Of a stretch of DNA of 50,670 bases, positions 8,175 through 17,096 are shown piece by piece. The notes beneath the pieces were generated by a model that was given only the letters and a program-made list of their open reading frames with translations, did no database searches and was not told the origin of the DNA. The translations under genes were made by a program, and so were the position numbers. The stretch's first letter is position 1. Each line of letters begins with the position of its first letter. The stretch is from a virus (lineage: Duplodnaviria > Caudoviricetes), in IMG/VR virus record IMGVR_UViG_3300030620_000009, positions 1 through 50,670 of that record; one strand, 5' to 3'.

Positions 8175-9502
8175 TGTTGAACATTCCTCCTGGCAGAGAA
8201 CTACGACCTTATCAGGTCAAAGCAGCTAATACAATGCTTGCCAGGGAGAGATTCTACTTGGGGGATGACCCTGGTGTAGGTAAGACCCCACCGACCATTG
8301 TTGCAATTGCCTCACTAGGATTCCCAGACACCCTAATTGTCTGTCCGAAGAACGCCATTGGTGTCTGGGAAGCACACCTAGAGGAGTGGTACGGGCACAA
8401 GGCCAAGCTCTACATCTCCGGCCGAGCAAAGTATGCTGACATAGCATCACCAGGAGTCCTTATCACCAACTACGAGCAGCTGGGTGACATTGTAAAGCGT
8501 CGGCAGTACTGGTCCGTAGTTGTCCTGGATGAGGCCCATAAGATCCGGAATAGGAAGACACAGGCGTTCACAAACACCAAGCGGATCTCTGCCAAGTACT
8601 TCTTTCTCCTGTCCGGGACGCCGGTCTTCAAGGGTGCACAGGATCTGTGGGCACCACTCAACGTTCTCGCCCCAATGAAGTTTACCGCCTACTGGCCATT
8701 TGTCGGCAGGTACTGTTTCGAGGACGTCGGTTGGGGTGGAAGTCGGAATGTTTGGGGTGTAAAGGATCCCCTCCAACTTGCCAAGGACCTTTCGCCTTAT
8801 TTCCTCAGGCGGCGCAAGGTAGATGTCCTAACCGATCTGCCTGTGAAGCAGCGAGACAAGATTCCCTTGCATATGACTCCCAAGCAGGCAAAGCATTACG
8901 TGGACCTTGTCAGGGAGATGATGACCGAGACCTCTGAGGGATTGGTCCTTACACCATCGGCTGCCGTTCGAACAGTGCGCCTGCGGGAGCTGCTTGTGAG
9001 TCCGCGGTTGCTGGCCATCGACGACGATGGCGTGGCCGTCCCGGCGCTGATGGAGAAGCTTGAGGAGCGTGGGACTCCGACCTTGGTCTATACACCCTTC
9101 CGAGCGGGTGTACGTGTCATTGCAGAGTATATACGACGGAACAAATGGGCGGCCCTCGAGCTCGTTGGCGGACTTACGCCTTCTCGCACAGCAGCGATTG
9201 TTCGGGAGTTCCAGAATGGAACTGATCCGAATAGGGTTCTGGTTGCAACTGTGTCGATTGGGTCGGCGTGGACTGGGACAGCGGCACAGCAGACTTACTT
9301 TGTCGGCTACGACTGGGCACCGCAGATCAACATCCAGGCGGAAGATCGCATGCACCGATATGGGGGTCGAGGGTATGAGGTTTACTACTTTACCCATCGA
9401 GGAACTATTGACGAGCATGTGATGGATGTTCTGGGTGGGAAGATCACGGTGGAGAATCTGATCGTCAACCACCGGTTGATCTTGGATACAGGGAGGATCT
9501 GA
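8171..9502 (+). CDS. SNF2-family DEAH helicase
   Basis: LRPYQ, GDDPGVGKT, LDEAH, LSGTP, FLRRRK, QAEDRMHRYG. Confidence 0.92.
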   Translation: MMLNIPPGRELRPYQVKAANTMLARERFYLGDDPGVGKTPPTIVAIASLGFPDTLIVCPKNAIGVWEAHLEEWYGHKAKLYISGRAKYADIASPGVLITNYEQLGDIVKRRQYWSVVVLDEAHKIRNRKTQAFTNTKRISAKYFFLLSGTPVFKGAQDLWAPLNVLAPMKFTAYWPFVGRYCFEDVGWGGSRNVWGVKDPLQLAKDLSPYFLRRRKVDVLTDLPVKQRDKIPLHMTPKQAKHYVDLVREMMTETSEGLVLTPSAAVRTVRLRELLVSPRLLAIDDDGVAVPALMEKLEERGTPTLVYTPFRAGVRVIAEYIRRNKWAALELVGGLTPSRTAAIVREFQNGTDPNRVLVATVSIGSAWTGTAAQQTYFVGYDWAPQINIQAEDRMHRYGGRGYEVYYFTHRGTIDEHVMDVLGGKITVENLIVNHRLILDTGRI

Positions 9503-9580
9503 ATGGAAGAAGGTCTCATTGTCGCGTTCTTCTACCTTGGTCTGTATCTGCTTCTTAGGGGTATGATGGGGAGGATCTAG
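9503..9580 (+). CDS. 25-aa TM micropeptide
   Basis: MEEGLIVAFFYLGLYLLLRGMMGRI; SD GGGAGG; TAG/GTG overlap with next gene. Confidence 0.5.
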   Translation: MEEGLIVAFFYLGLYLLLRGMMGRI

Positions 9581-9849
9581 TGGAGTATTGGATTGCGGGC
9601 TTGATTGGGATTGCGTTGGGCATCCCGATTGCGGTGCTCATCGGTCTGGTGGTAGGCTTGGTGATCGTCCGGGACCGTAGGAAGACAATAGATCCGTGGT
9701 CATCGCAGGGGTTACTCTGCCCTGACTGTGGACACCACATCCATCGCCCACGACCTTGCAGCTGGACCTTCGGAGCAGGAAAGAACGAACGGCCTTGTAC
9801 TTGTCCCGCCCACACTCTGGCCGCCCACAAGGTGGAGGCCCAACCGTGA
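9580..9849 (+). CDS. TM-anchored Zn-binding protein
   Basis: N-terminal TM; CPDCGH...C...CTC as in ORF 1612. Confidence 0.6.
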   Translation: MEYWIAGLIGIALGIPIAVLIGLVVGLVIVRDRRKTIDPWSSQGLLCPDCGHHIHRPRPCSWTFGAGKNERPCTCPAHTLAAHKVEAQP

Positions 9850-10157
9850 GCGAAGCGCGTGACATGGAGCGGGCCGCACTGACAGCGATGGAGGCCGCAC
9901 GCGACCTGCGGTCAGCAGTTGCCGCGTTTGCCGAGGAGCGTCGGCTGATGGAATGGGCGGCACAGCGCATCTCTGAGGAGCGCGGACGGCTTGAAGAAGT
10001 CCTCCGAGACGGAGAGAAGGCAATTGAGCCCGGCAAGCCGGAACGCGGCAACCTCATGCGCTTCATCTGCCTGTTCCGCGGTCATCGCTGGGCTGACTGG
10101 ATCGATAACGGTGGGCGACGGGTGTGCGCGCGCTGCGACTATCGGAGGGTTCGATGA
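9846..10157 (+). CDS. coiled-coil protein with C-terminal DUF1660-like Zn motif
   Basis: ICLFRGHRW...CARC; GTGA coupling. Confidence 0.5.
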   Translation: MSEARDMERAALTAMEAARDLRSAVAAFAEERRLMEWAAQRISEERGRLEEVLRDGEKAIEPGKPERGNLMRFICLFRGHRWADWIDNGGRRVCARCDYRRVR

Positions 10158-10630
10158 GCCGAGACCCGCAGAGGGAGGCGCTGGACGCCCTGGTCTTTCC
10201 GATCGGCGAGGGACCGTGGAACCGGATGCAGGCACGGATCGAGGCGATGCCACCCGGCTCCGACCGCGTACAGGCTCTTGTGGACCTCAACGCCATGCTC
10301 ATCGAGCATCGCGCCGCCCTCGAAGCCGAGCCCGTGGGGCTGGACGAGATAAGAAGCCGGATTGTGGCCATGCGTCCTTGGCCTGAGGGTGAGACATTAC
10401 TGCAAGCACTTGAACGTTACGCCGCTACCATCGCTGCCCTCGATACAGAGCCGGAACCTAATTGGCGAAAGGCCATTGCTGAGTCCGACGAGTGGATTGG
10501 CTGGGATACAATCTACTGCTATTGGTGTGGTCAAGTTGAACATGAGGGGCATGTAGACACTTGCACATGGGTTGCTGCCCAGCCCGCCAAAGGAGAAGCT
10601 CAGGAGGGGACCGATGCCAAGGGTGGATAA
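10154..10630 (+). CDS. hypothetical protein
   Basis: ATGA coupling; CYWCG..H..H..C motif. Confidence 0.5.
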   Translation: MSRDPQREALDALVFPIGEGPWNRMQARIEAMPPGSDRVQALVDLNAMLIEHRAALEAEPVGLDEIRSRIVAMRPWPEGETLLQALERYAATIAALDTEPEPNWRKAIAESDEWIGWDTIYCYWCGQVEHEGHVDTCTWVAAQPAKGEAQEGTDAKGG

Positions 10631-10982
10631 GGAGGAGGACCTTCGTTGGAGAGATCAGCTGGGCAAGGTCTACCGCGTGCCCCAGATGACGACGTCACAC
10701 ATCAAGAACTCCATGAAGTACCTCCTGCGCGAGGCGGAACGCCTCCATGATATGCGGACTGTCGGTGCCTTTCAGAAGGTAGTCGATAGTAACGTTGATC
10801 TGGAGAAGGAGGCTAACCAGGCCATGGTCGAGTATTGGTTCGAGCACCTGACTATGACTCCGACGGAGTACGCTCGGCGACTCGATATCATGTGGGCGTT
10901 TCACCACGAGTTGCAGAAGCGTCGGGTACAGTTTGTGAGACTTGCGAGGGAAGGTGTGGCAAACTTCGAGTTTCCGGCATGA
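10614..10982 (+). CDS. hypothetical phage protein
   Basis: SD GGAGG; WRDQLGKVYRVPQMTTSHIKN. Confidence 0.6.
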   Translation: MPRVDKEEDLRWRDQLGKVYRVPQMTTSHIKNSMKYLLREAERLHDMRTVGAFQKVVDSNVDLEKEANQAMVEYWFEHLTMTPTEYARRLDIMWAFHHELQKRRVQFVRLAREGVANFEFPA

Positions 10983-11179
10983 AGACTTACCAGTGCAGCC
11001 GATGCAACAACTGGTTCTCTGCTGATCCGAACCATCCAGGTTACCCAGACCTGCATCGGTGCCGAGCAGACCAAGAGGTGACGCAGTTTGAGCGCCTGGT
11101 GGCAGAAGTTGGACAGGAGTTTGGTATGCCCGCAGAAGTTATAGGCAGGTTGCTGACCCTCGAGACCGAATCTTCTTAG
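10979..11179 (+). CDS. small Zn-binding protein
   Basis: ATGA coupling; CSRC...HRC. Confidence 0.5.
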   Translation: MKTYQCSRCNNWFSADPNHPGYPDLHRCRADQEVTQFERLVAEVGQEFGMPAEVIGRLLTLETESS

Positions 11180-11189
11180 AAAGAGAGGC

Positions 11190-11219
11190 GTGTCATGTTC
11201 CGGCAATCTGTGTTATAAT
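11190..11219 (+). promoter_or_regulatory. extended -10 promoter
   Basis: CTGTGTTATAAT identical to other promoters; -35 GTGTCA at 18 nt. Confidence 0.75.
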
Positions 11220-11225
11220 AGGAGG

Positions 11226-11427
11226 AGAGATGAGCGCTGTGGGGATTACCAGTTCCGACTTCCTGAACAGGTCCACCGTTGGCCGCCTTTCGTTGGATCT
11301 GCTCAGGGAGCCCGACCGAGTGCCTCCCACTGTTGTAGGCTCATCTCCAACAGTGGGTTCGATCGGACTCCCTATGTCTGCGACGACCTTGGTGGCTCTC
11401 CCCCCAGCCGTGGGGTCGTCGCAGACA
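11226..11427 (+). ncRNA. candidate structured RNA with three long tandem hairpins
   Basis: stems 11259-11310, 11305-11373, 11375-11427, each with G-U pairs; directly after promoter. Confidence 0.6.
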
Positions 11428-11434
11428 CCTCTGA

Positions 11435-11851
11435 GTGAAGATCGTGGCTGACCATAGGTCACGCCGACAGAAGCTGCTTGCGGTTATCAACCCAAGATCA
11501 GGCGCGACTGATGGAGAGCGTGCAAACGCACAAGCCGCCCTCGACCGTGTGGATGCAAAGCGTCCTGCTGGAACGTTGTCTCGTGAGGATATCCTTGTTA
11601 GCCCTTCCCAGGAACAAGCTCAGGATCTCTTCGACCGTGCCGTCGATTATGTTGCTCGGAAGTATAAGGTAGACCCGGAAGACCTAAGAGCAGCCGACGA
11701 GTACTTCCGACGCGGAGGACATTCTTGCACTGACCCAGAGCACCAGGAGGGGTGGCACTTCCACGGCATGACACGTGTGCACAAGAACCCACCACGATAC
11801 CGTGAGGGTCAGAAGGTCCGTAGTAACTTCAGAGGGGTGAAGTCCACATGA
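11435..11851 (+). CDS. hypothetical protein with DUF2786-like N-terminus
   Basis: QKLLAVINPRSGATDGERANAQAAL. Confidence 0.55.
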   Translation: MKIVADHRSRRQKLLAVINPRSGATDGERANAQAALDRVDAKRPAGTLSREDILVSPSQEQAQDLFDRAVDYVARKYKVDPEDLRAADEYFRRGGHSCTDPEHQEGWHFHGMTRVHKNPPRYREGQKVRSNFRGVKST

Positions 11852-13044
11852 TCGAGAGCGGACAGCAACGTGATGTGGTAACACCCTTCCTAGAGTGGGA
11901 TCTTCCAGAAACCTCCTCCGGGGATGACCATATCGAGATACACACATCCGACCGAATCTTGTTCAAACGGTGCCGGCGGAAGTGGAACTGGCAAAGCAGC
12001 ATGCGGGAGAATCTTCTTCCCATCGGGCAGGCTGTTGCTCCCCTGTGGTTTGGAACCGGTTGGCACTTCCTGATGGAAGACTACCACGGGTACCAGAAGT
12101 ACCCGACGGTAGATCATGCCATCGTTGCCTTCAAGGATGCGCACAACGCGCGTGAGCTTCCAGACGATCCTAGGGCTTTGCTGGACCTCATGGCAGGCAT
12201 GGCACATTACTACACCGAGGATTGGTTGACATACCATCCAGAACCTTACAAGACCCTGTGGGTGAGCGGGATTCCACAGGTTGAGGTCGACATTGACATC
12301 GACATCACTGACCGACTTCATACCAGATGCTGGGATCGGTACGGTGATTCGGATTGGCTGGAAGGAGTTCTTCAAGGTCGACCTGTCATCTACCGCATGA
12401 CCTTGGATAGGGTGGCAATCGACGAACACGACCTTGTGTACGTTATCGACTATAAGACCGCCCGGCAGGTCGATACCAACAAGCTCTCCAACGACCCTCA
12501 AGTTAGTGCGTACTTCTGGGGTGCGGCCGAGTTCTATGGTGACCGACTCGGTGGTGTTGTTTGGCAGCAACATCTGAAGTCCTTCCCCGAAGACCCTGAG
12601 TGGTTACACTCCTCGCAGCGTTTCAGCATGAATAGGCAGCAGTGCAGGTCTACGTACCCACTGTACCGAAAGGCACTGAAGGAGAAGTACGGCAGGATTC
12701 CAGCGCAGTACGTTGAGTTCCTTGACTGGCTCGCTGAGCAGCAGGGTGACTGGGGCGACCGCTTCGTTCGTCGTGACATTATCCGTCGGAATCCGCATGC
12801 AAGGAGGGCAGAAGAGCAGAAGATACTCGACGAGGTCCTAGATATGCTTGATCCGGGACTTCCACTGTACCCAAACCCGACACGTGACTGTACATGGGAC
12901 TGTCCGTTCAAAGATCCGTGCATTGCAATGGATGACGGCAGCGATATGGACTTCCTCTTGAAGACCTCCTACGAGAAGTGGAAGGGGTACAAGCAGGATT
13001 GGAAGAAGCGTGTCATTCTCCCTGATGGATCGAGGTACGCATGA
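11848..13044 (+). CDS. PD-(D/E)XK exonuclease, Cas4/AddB-like with Fe-S Cys
   Basis: HTSDRILFKRCRRKW, LDRV, IDYKT, C-terminal CTWDCPFKDPC. Confidence 0.85.
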   Translation: MIESGQQRDVVTPFLEWDLPETSSGDDHIEIHTSDRILFKRCRRKWNWQSSMRENLLPIGQAVAPLWFGTGWHFLMEDYHGYQKYPTVDHAIVAFKDAHNARELPDDPRALLDLMAGMAHYYTEDWLTYHPEPYKTLWVSGIPQVEVDIDIDITDRLHTRCWDRYGDSDWLEGVLQGRPVIYRMTLDRVAIDEHDLVYVIDYKTARQVDTNKLSNDPQVSAYFWGAAEFYGDRLGGVVWQQHLKSFPEDPEWLHSSQRFSMNRQQCRSTYPLYRKALKEKYGRIPAQYVEFLDWLAEQQGDWGDRFVRRDIIRRNPHARRAEEQKILDEVLDMLDPGLPLYPNPTRDCTWDCPFKDPCIAMDDGSDMDFLLKTSYEKWKGYKQDWKKRVILPDGSRYA

Positions 13045-14045
13045 TCAACCAAGCGCCTCAGGCACCGCAAGCTACGGCTTTGGTGCAGGCGCCCGCAAAG
13101 CCGAAGTTCGAATTCACCACACCATTGGATGATGAATACCTCAACGCCCTGATCTACGGCGAGTATGGTGTTGGCAAGACCACATGTGCAGCAACTGCTG
13201 CAGACGTCCCAGAGATGCAGGACGTCCTGTACATCGCCGCCGAAGCGGGGGAGAAGGTTCTCAAGCCGTACGCCGCGCGCGGGCACCTCACAGTCGTTCG
13301 GGTCAATAAGTATGCGACGGTGGCCCGCGTCTTCGAGTGGATGGTCCTGCACTGCCGGTACAGGGATGCCGGTGAGACCGAGAAGCTGGCGCAGCTCGAG
13401 TCACTGATCACGGGTGTCGTTCCGACGAAGCCCAAGATGTTCCGGACGGTAGTTCTGGACTCACTCACTGAGATCCAGGTCTACCTGATGTACCAGCTGC
13501 TCGGCATTGAGATTGGCGGGACTCGTCTCGATCTTCCTCCGGATTCGCCGGAGTTCAAGGAGTGGGGGCAGTCTTCCGAGATGATCAAGCTTCTGATCCG
13601 GAGCTTCCGGGATCTGAAGTTGAACGTGATCATCGTGTGCAGCATGGAGGAGAAGGAGGACGAGAAGAAGCGACAACTGAAGCGTCTGCTCCTGCCAGGA
13701 AAGCTGGCCGTCAACGTCCAGGGATTCCTCGACGTCGTAGGATATCTGGACAAGGCCAAGACAGACGCCGGGCCAGCATGGCGACTATGGCTGACGAGTG
13801 GACAGACGTTCCACGCCAAGAACCGCTTTGGACCCACGGCACCTGAGTACATTGACGCACCGAACATGTCCAAGCTCTATGCACTGAACAACCCCAAGGA
13901 GACCACACCCGATGGCAGCAACACCACAGCCCGTCCGACGCCCAGCAGCAACCCCAACCCGACCCGCCCCACAAGCACCCCAGGCCGAGCCCCCGTCCGA
14001 GTCGGAAACGGAGGAAATCGACCCGTTCGCCCAGCAGGACGCTGA
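13041..14045 (+). CDS. AAA_24/Sak4-like ATPase (recombinase)
   Basis: LIYGEYGVGKTT, TVVLDSLTE, DVVGYL, AKNR. Confidence 0.85.
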   Translation: MINQAPQAPQATALVQAPAKPKFEFTTPLDDEYLNALIYGEYGVGKTTCAATAADVPEMQDVLYIAAEAGEKVLKPYAARGHLTVVRVNKYATVARVFEWMVLHCRYRDAGETEKLAQLESLITGVVPTKPKMFRTVVLDSLTEIQVYLMYQLLGIEIGGTRLDLPPDSPEFKEWGQSSEMIKLLIRSFRDLKLNVIIVCSMEEKEDEKKRQLKRLLLPGKLAVNVQGFLDVVGYLDKAKTDAGPAWRLWLTSGQTFHAKNRFGPTAPEYIDAPNMSKLYALNNPKETTPDGSNTTARPTPSSNPNPTRPTSTPGRAPVRVGNGGNRPVRPAGR

Positions 14046-14502
14046 GGCAGCTGCAGGAGTCGGCGACGACGAGGACCTTGAGAACGACGAGTTCGATCTC
14101 TCCGACGTCGAGGCGGTCAGCGGATTCGAGGTCTTCCCAGCCGGAACGTACGACTGCTTCATCGAGTCGTCGGAGTACAAGAAGTCAGCCAAGGGCAACC
14201 GCATGATCGCAAGCGTCCTTCTTGTTCGTCTTCCGGACGCAGAGGAGTACGGTCCGAACCGGCTGTTCCACCACGCGACCTTCGCCGAGAAGACTACGGG
14301 TCGCGCCAAGCATGATCTCAATGTCATGACCAACGGCGAGATCGATTGGGCGCACACACGCCCGGCCCAGATCGCCGAGACCCTTCCGGGTCGCTACTGC
14401 CGTGCCAAGGTGATCATCAAGAACGATGCCACCTACGGCAAGTCGAACAACATCCGGGAGATCCTGCCGCCGGCCGAAGCAATGGGAGGGTTCACCAACT
14501 AG
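13912..14502 (+). CDS. DUF669-like single-stranded DNA-binding protein
   Basis: FEVFPAGTYDCFI, KSAKGNRM, YGKSNNI; SD AAGGAG; follows exonuclease and AAA genes. Confidence 0.75.
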   Translation: MAATPQPVRRPAATPTRPAPQAPQAEPPSESETEEIDPFAQQDAEAAAGVGDDEDLENDEFDLSDVEAVSGFEVFPAGTYDCFIESSEYKKSAKGNRMIASVLLVRLPDAEEYGPNRLFHHATFAEKTTGRAKHDLNVMTNGEIDWAHTRPAQIAETLPGRYCRAKVIIKNDATYGKSNNIREILPPAEAMGGFTN

Positions 14503-14516
14503 TCCACCGCCGGGGA

Positions 14517-14651
14517 TGTTGTGCTGGTTCGTTGGAGTGTGATCGTAGGTTGCACTAACCGTCAACTATGCGCCGTGATTGGGCCGCGGACGTCACACCT
14601 GCCACGACTAACGATTGCCGGTCTATGGTGGCATCGGACGCCAGCATAACA
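14517..14651 (+). ncRNA. candidate multi-branched RNA leader upstream of endolysin
   Basis: closing stem TGTTGTGCTGG/CCAGCATAACA enclosing three hairpins. Confidence 0.45.
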
Positions 14652-14665
14652 GAATAGGAGGGAGT

Positions 14666-15694
14666 TTGGCGACCTACAGAGCAAAGCATCGTAGACAAGC
14701 CGCTGAAGGTACGTGGGCTGCAAAGTACGGCTGCACTGCAGTATCTGCACTCGTAGCAATGGACCAAGCGACCCGCGGTCGAGTCGGACCAGCAATCACT
14801 GCCGATCAGTTCCGTGGTAACCAACCAGACCAAGAGGGTGGAATCGATCTCCACGACGCGCGGATCGCTGCGAACTACTACGGCGTGTCGCTCGAGGTTC
14901 GTGCATCCTACGGTGGCACGACTCCTGCAACCTGGTCAGACTTCACAGCACTTGGACACCCTACAGCCCGCCGCGCCCTCATCGTCCAGGGCGACCATGA
15001 CCGTCTACCTGGAGCCCTCAGGTGTGCTGGGTTCTTGGGTGACCACGCCGTTATGTCGTCCGGTTGGCAGATCGTCGACGGGACTCGGGTCTGGGATATC
15101 AGTAATCCGTTGTGTGCTGGCTGGGTCACATGGCCGGACCACGTTATGAAGGCCTACGTCGAGGCTTTCGCAGGAAGCAATCGTGCATACGTGGCGGCAG
15201 CCCCGCCCACATCGGAGGAGGAAATGCTTGCTGTTGTCCAGGATATCGAAAGGTACCCAAGCCCCCGACACTTCACCGTAAGCAAGGGTACAACACTCAA
15301 CGGATACGACCCTGCCCAGCCTGGCAAAGTCGTCAAGACATTCACTGCCGCCGATGACACTGGTGCAAGGGCAATCGCAGCCGTCGCTATCTCGTGGCCT
15401 GGAACGGTACCAGCTCCAATTCCTCGCGGAGGTCCGTTCCTTCTCGTCGCCGACGGCACGCTCGCGGGCTTATACATCGTCGGTGCCCTCGTCACCCTTA
15501 GCCCCACTGCCCCTCCTGCGACAGGTGACTGCTCCCAGGCTGTTGCAGACGCAGTTGCGCCGCTCAAGGCAGAGATCGAAGACCTGAAAGATCAGGTAAT
15601 GGACGCGGAGCTTGACGCACGTCGCACAGAGTACGACAGGCTCAAGGCAGCCGCCACCGTCTCCATCAAGGTTGAACTCCCTGAGAGGCCATAG
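14666..15694 (+). CDS. probable endolysin with C39-like (papain-fold) cysteine peptidase domain
   Basis: RRQ...GCT...GDHA...SNPL motif order; TTG start with SD GGAGGG; followed by holin-like gene. Confidence 0.65.
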   Translation: MATYRAKHRRQAAEGTWAAKYGCTAVSALVAMDQATRGRVGPAITADQFRGNQPDQEGGIDLHDARIAANYYGVSLEVRASYGGTTPATWSDFTALGHPTARRALIVQGDHDRLPGALRCAGFLGDHAVMSSGWQIVDGTRVWDISNPLCAGWVTWPDHVMKAYVEAFAGSNRAYVAAAPPTSEEEMLAVVQDIERYPSPRHFTVSKGTTLNGYDPAQPGKVVKTFTAADDTGARAIAAVAISWPGTVPAPIPRGGPFLLVADGTLAGLYIVGALVTLSPTAPPATGDCSQAVADAVAPLKAEIEDLKDQVMDAELDARRTEYDRLKAAATVSIKVELPERP

Positions 15695-15699
15695 GAGGA

Positions 15700-15912
15700 A
15701 TGAAGGTGGGTAACTACTCGCTGCGCAACATCTTCACCAAGGAGCCGGTCGCCATCGCAGGCGGACTCAGATCGGTCCTGTTCGTAGCCGTGCTGCTCGG
15801 AGCCGTGCTGCTCGACGAGAAGCAGCTAGCCGGGATCGCGCTCGCGCTCGAGCTCGTACTGGGCCTGTTCGCCCGGCAGTCCTCGACCGGCAACGCGAAC
15901 CTGCCAAAGTGA
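15700..15912 (+). CDS. holin (two TM)
   Basis: KEPVAI...two TMs...ARQS pattern; SD AGGAGG. Confidence 0.7.
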   Translation: MKVGNYSLRNIFTKEPVAIAGGLRSVLFVAVLLGAVLLDEKQLAGIALALELVLGLFARQSSTGNANLPK

Positions 15913-16640
15913 AGGCAGTTGCCCTCCTCTCAGGCGGGCTTGACTCGACAACCCTTGCCTACTATCTCAGGTCCAAGTACGATGCCGAACTAACCTGCCT
16001 GTCCTTCGACTATGGCCAACGCCACAAGAGGGAACTCAGGGCCGCGAAGGAGATCGCCGAAGAGCTCGGGGCTGAACATCACACCGTTGAGCTGCGCGTC
16101 CAAGTCCCACCGCTGGAGCACCTCGTCACCAAAGGTCTCGGCTACATCCTCGGCGGCAGCGCACTTACTGACGAATCAGTCCCCGTTCCCGACGGGCACT
16201 ACGCTGAGGAGTCAATGAAGCAGACGATTGTTCCTAACCGGAACGCGATCATGCTTTCCATTGCCTACGGAGTTGCCGTGGCACGCGGCGCGGAGATGGT
16301 GGCCTTTGCTGCCCACTCTGGTGATCATGCTATCTACCCAGACTGCCGTCCGGAGTTTGTCGAGTATCTGAACTTGGCACTCCGAACTGGGAACACTTGG
16401 GCGACTCCTCAACCTGACCTAGTTGGTCCGTTCCTTCACATGACCAAGAGTGACATTGCCGGGATGGCACGTGACTTAGCAGTTCCAATCGAGAGGACCT
16501 GGTCTTGCTACAAGGGGGAGGAGTATCACTGTGGCGTCTGCGGAACGTGCTACGAAAGGCGGGAGGCCTTCGAAGAAGCGGGAATTGTCGACCCAACTTA
16601 CTACGTCGACAATACCACCCGCTTCGCAGCTCCCTCTTGA
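15909..16640 (+). CDS. queC: 7-cyano-7-deazaguanine synthase
   Basis: LLSGGLDSTT, FDYGQRH, VPNRN, YPDCRPEF, TWSCY...HCGVCGTC. Confidence 0.97.
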   Translation: MKAVALLSGGLDSTTLAYYLRSKYDAELTCLSFDYGQRHKRELRAAKEIAEELGAEHHTVELRVQVPPLEHLVTKGLGYILGGSALTDESVPVPDGHYAEESMKQTIVPNRNAIMLSIAYGVAVARGAEMVAFAAHSGDHAIYPDCRPEFVEYLNLALRTGNTWATPQPDLVGPFLHMTKSDIAGMARDLAVPIERTWSCYKGEEYHCGVCGTCYERREAFEEAGIVDPTYYVDNTTRFAAPS

Positions 16641-16839
16641 GTTTGGAGAGGAGGTCGAGGTAGTTGTCCGATATAGAGGGCAGACGTGGACCGTGAAGGG
16701 CAGCGTCCGCGAGGTCTCCCTGGACCGTGATATTGAGGACATTTCAGGTCCGTACGATGTGTGGTCCGAGTACCGCCCTTCGGGTATTGTTCGATTGGGT
16801 ATTGTTCTGGATCAGAGAAAGGCACTTCTGGAGACATGA
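16531..16839 (+). CDS. hypothetical protein overlapping queC 3' end
   Basis: SD GGAGGAG 7 nt before GTG 16531; ATGA coupling downstream. Confidence 0.5.
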   Translation: MASAERATKGGRPSKKRELSTQLTTSTIPPASQLPLEFGEEVEVVVRYRGQTWTVKGSVREVSLDRDIEDISGPYDVWSEYRPSGIVRLGIVLDQRKALLET

Positions 16840-16976
16840 GCAAGTCCCAGTGGGAGAAGTGTAAGCACAACACCGTCCATAGGATAGAGCAGACCACCAG
16901 ATCTGGTGGGGGCTTCACTGTGTGGAAGTGTTCAACTTGTGGGCTCGAGTTCAAGCCCACCACGAACAAGAACTGA
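16836..16976 (+). CDS. small Zn-ribbon protein
   Basis: CKH...WKCSTCG. Confidence 0.5.
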   Translation: MSKSQWEKCKHNTVHRIEQTTRSGGGFTVWKCSTCGLEFKPTTNKN

Positions 16977-16979
16977 CTC

Positions 16980-17096
16980 ATGAAGTGGGTTCATGCCAAG
17001 GACCCTGAAGATAAGCATCCCGTCGATCCACACTACGCCGCAGATGGTAAGTGGGTGTGTAACACTTGCCGTGAACCGATAAGGGAGGCTAAGTGA
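16980..17096 (+). CDS. 38-aa His/Cys peptide
   Basis: MKWVHAKDPEDKHPVDPHYAADGKWVCNTCREPIREAK; GTGA coupling to next gene. Confidence 0.45.
   Translation: MKWVHAKDPEDKHPVDPHYAADGKWVCNTCREPIREAK

Noticed and set aside
11230-11451. 73-aa protein-coding gene
   Set aside because: Its SD lies upstream of the predicted TSS and the sequence is explained by inverted repeats; leaderless translation is not excluded.
11848-13044. Cas4 as part of a CRISPR system
   Set aside because: No other cas genes or array; the exonuclease-AAA-SSB context is a standard phage recombination module.
16632-16641. +1 frameshift extending QueC (CCC TCT TGA G)
   Set aside because: The downstream frame has its own GTG start with a strong SD at 16531.
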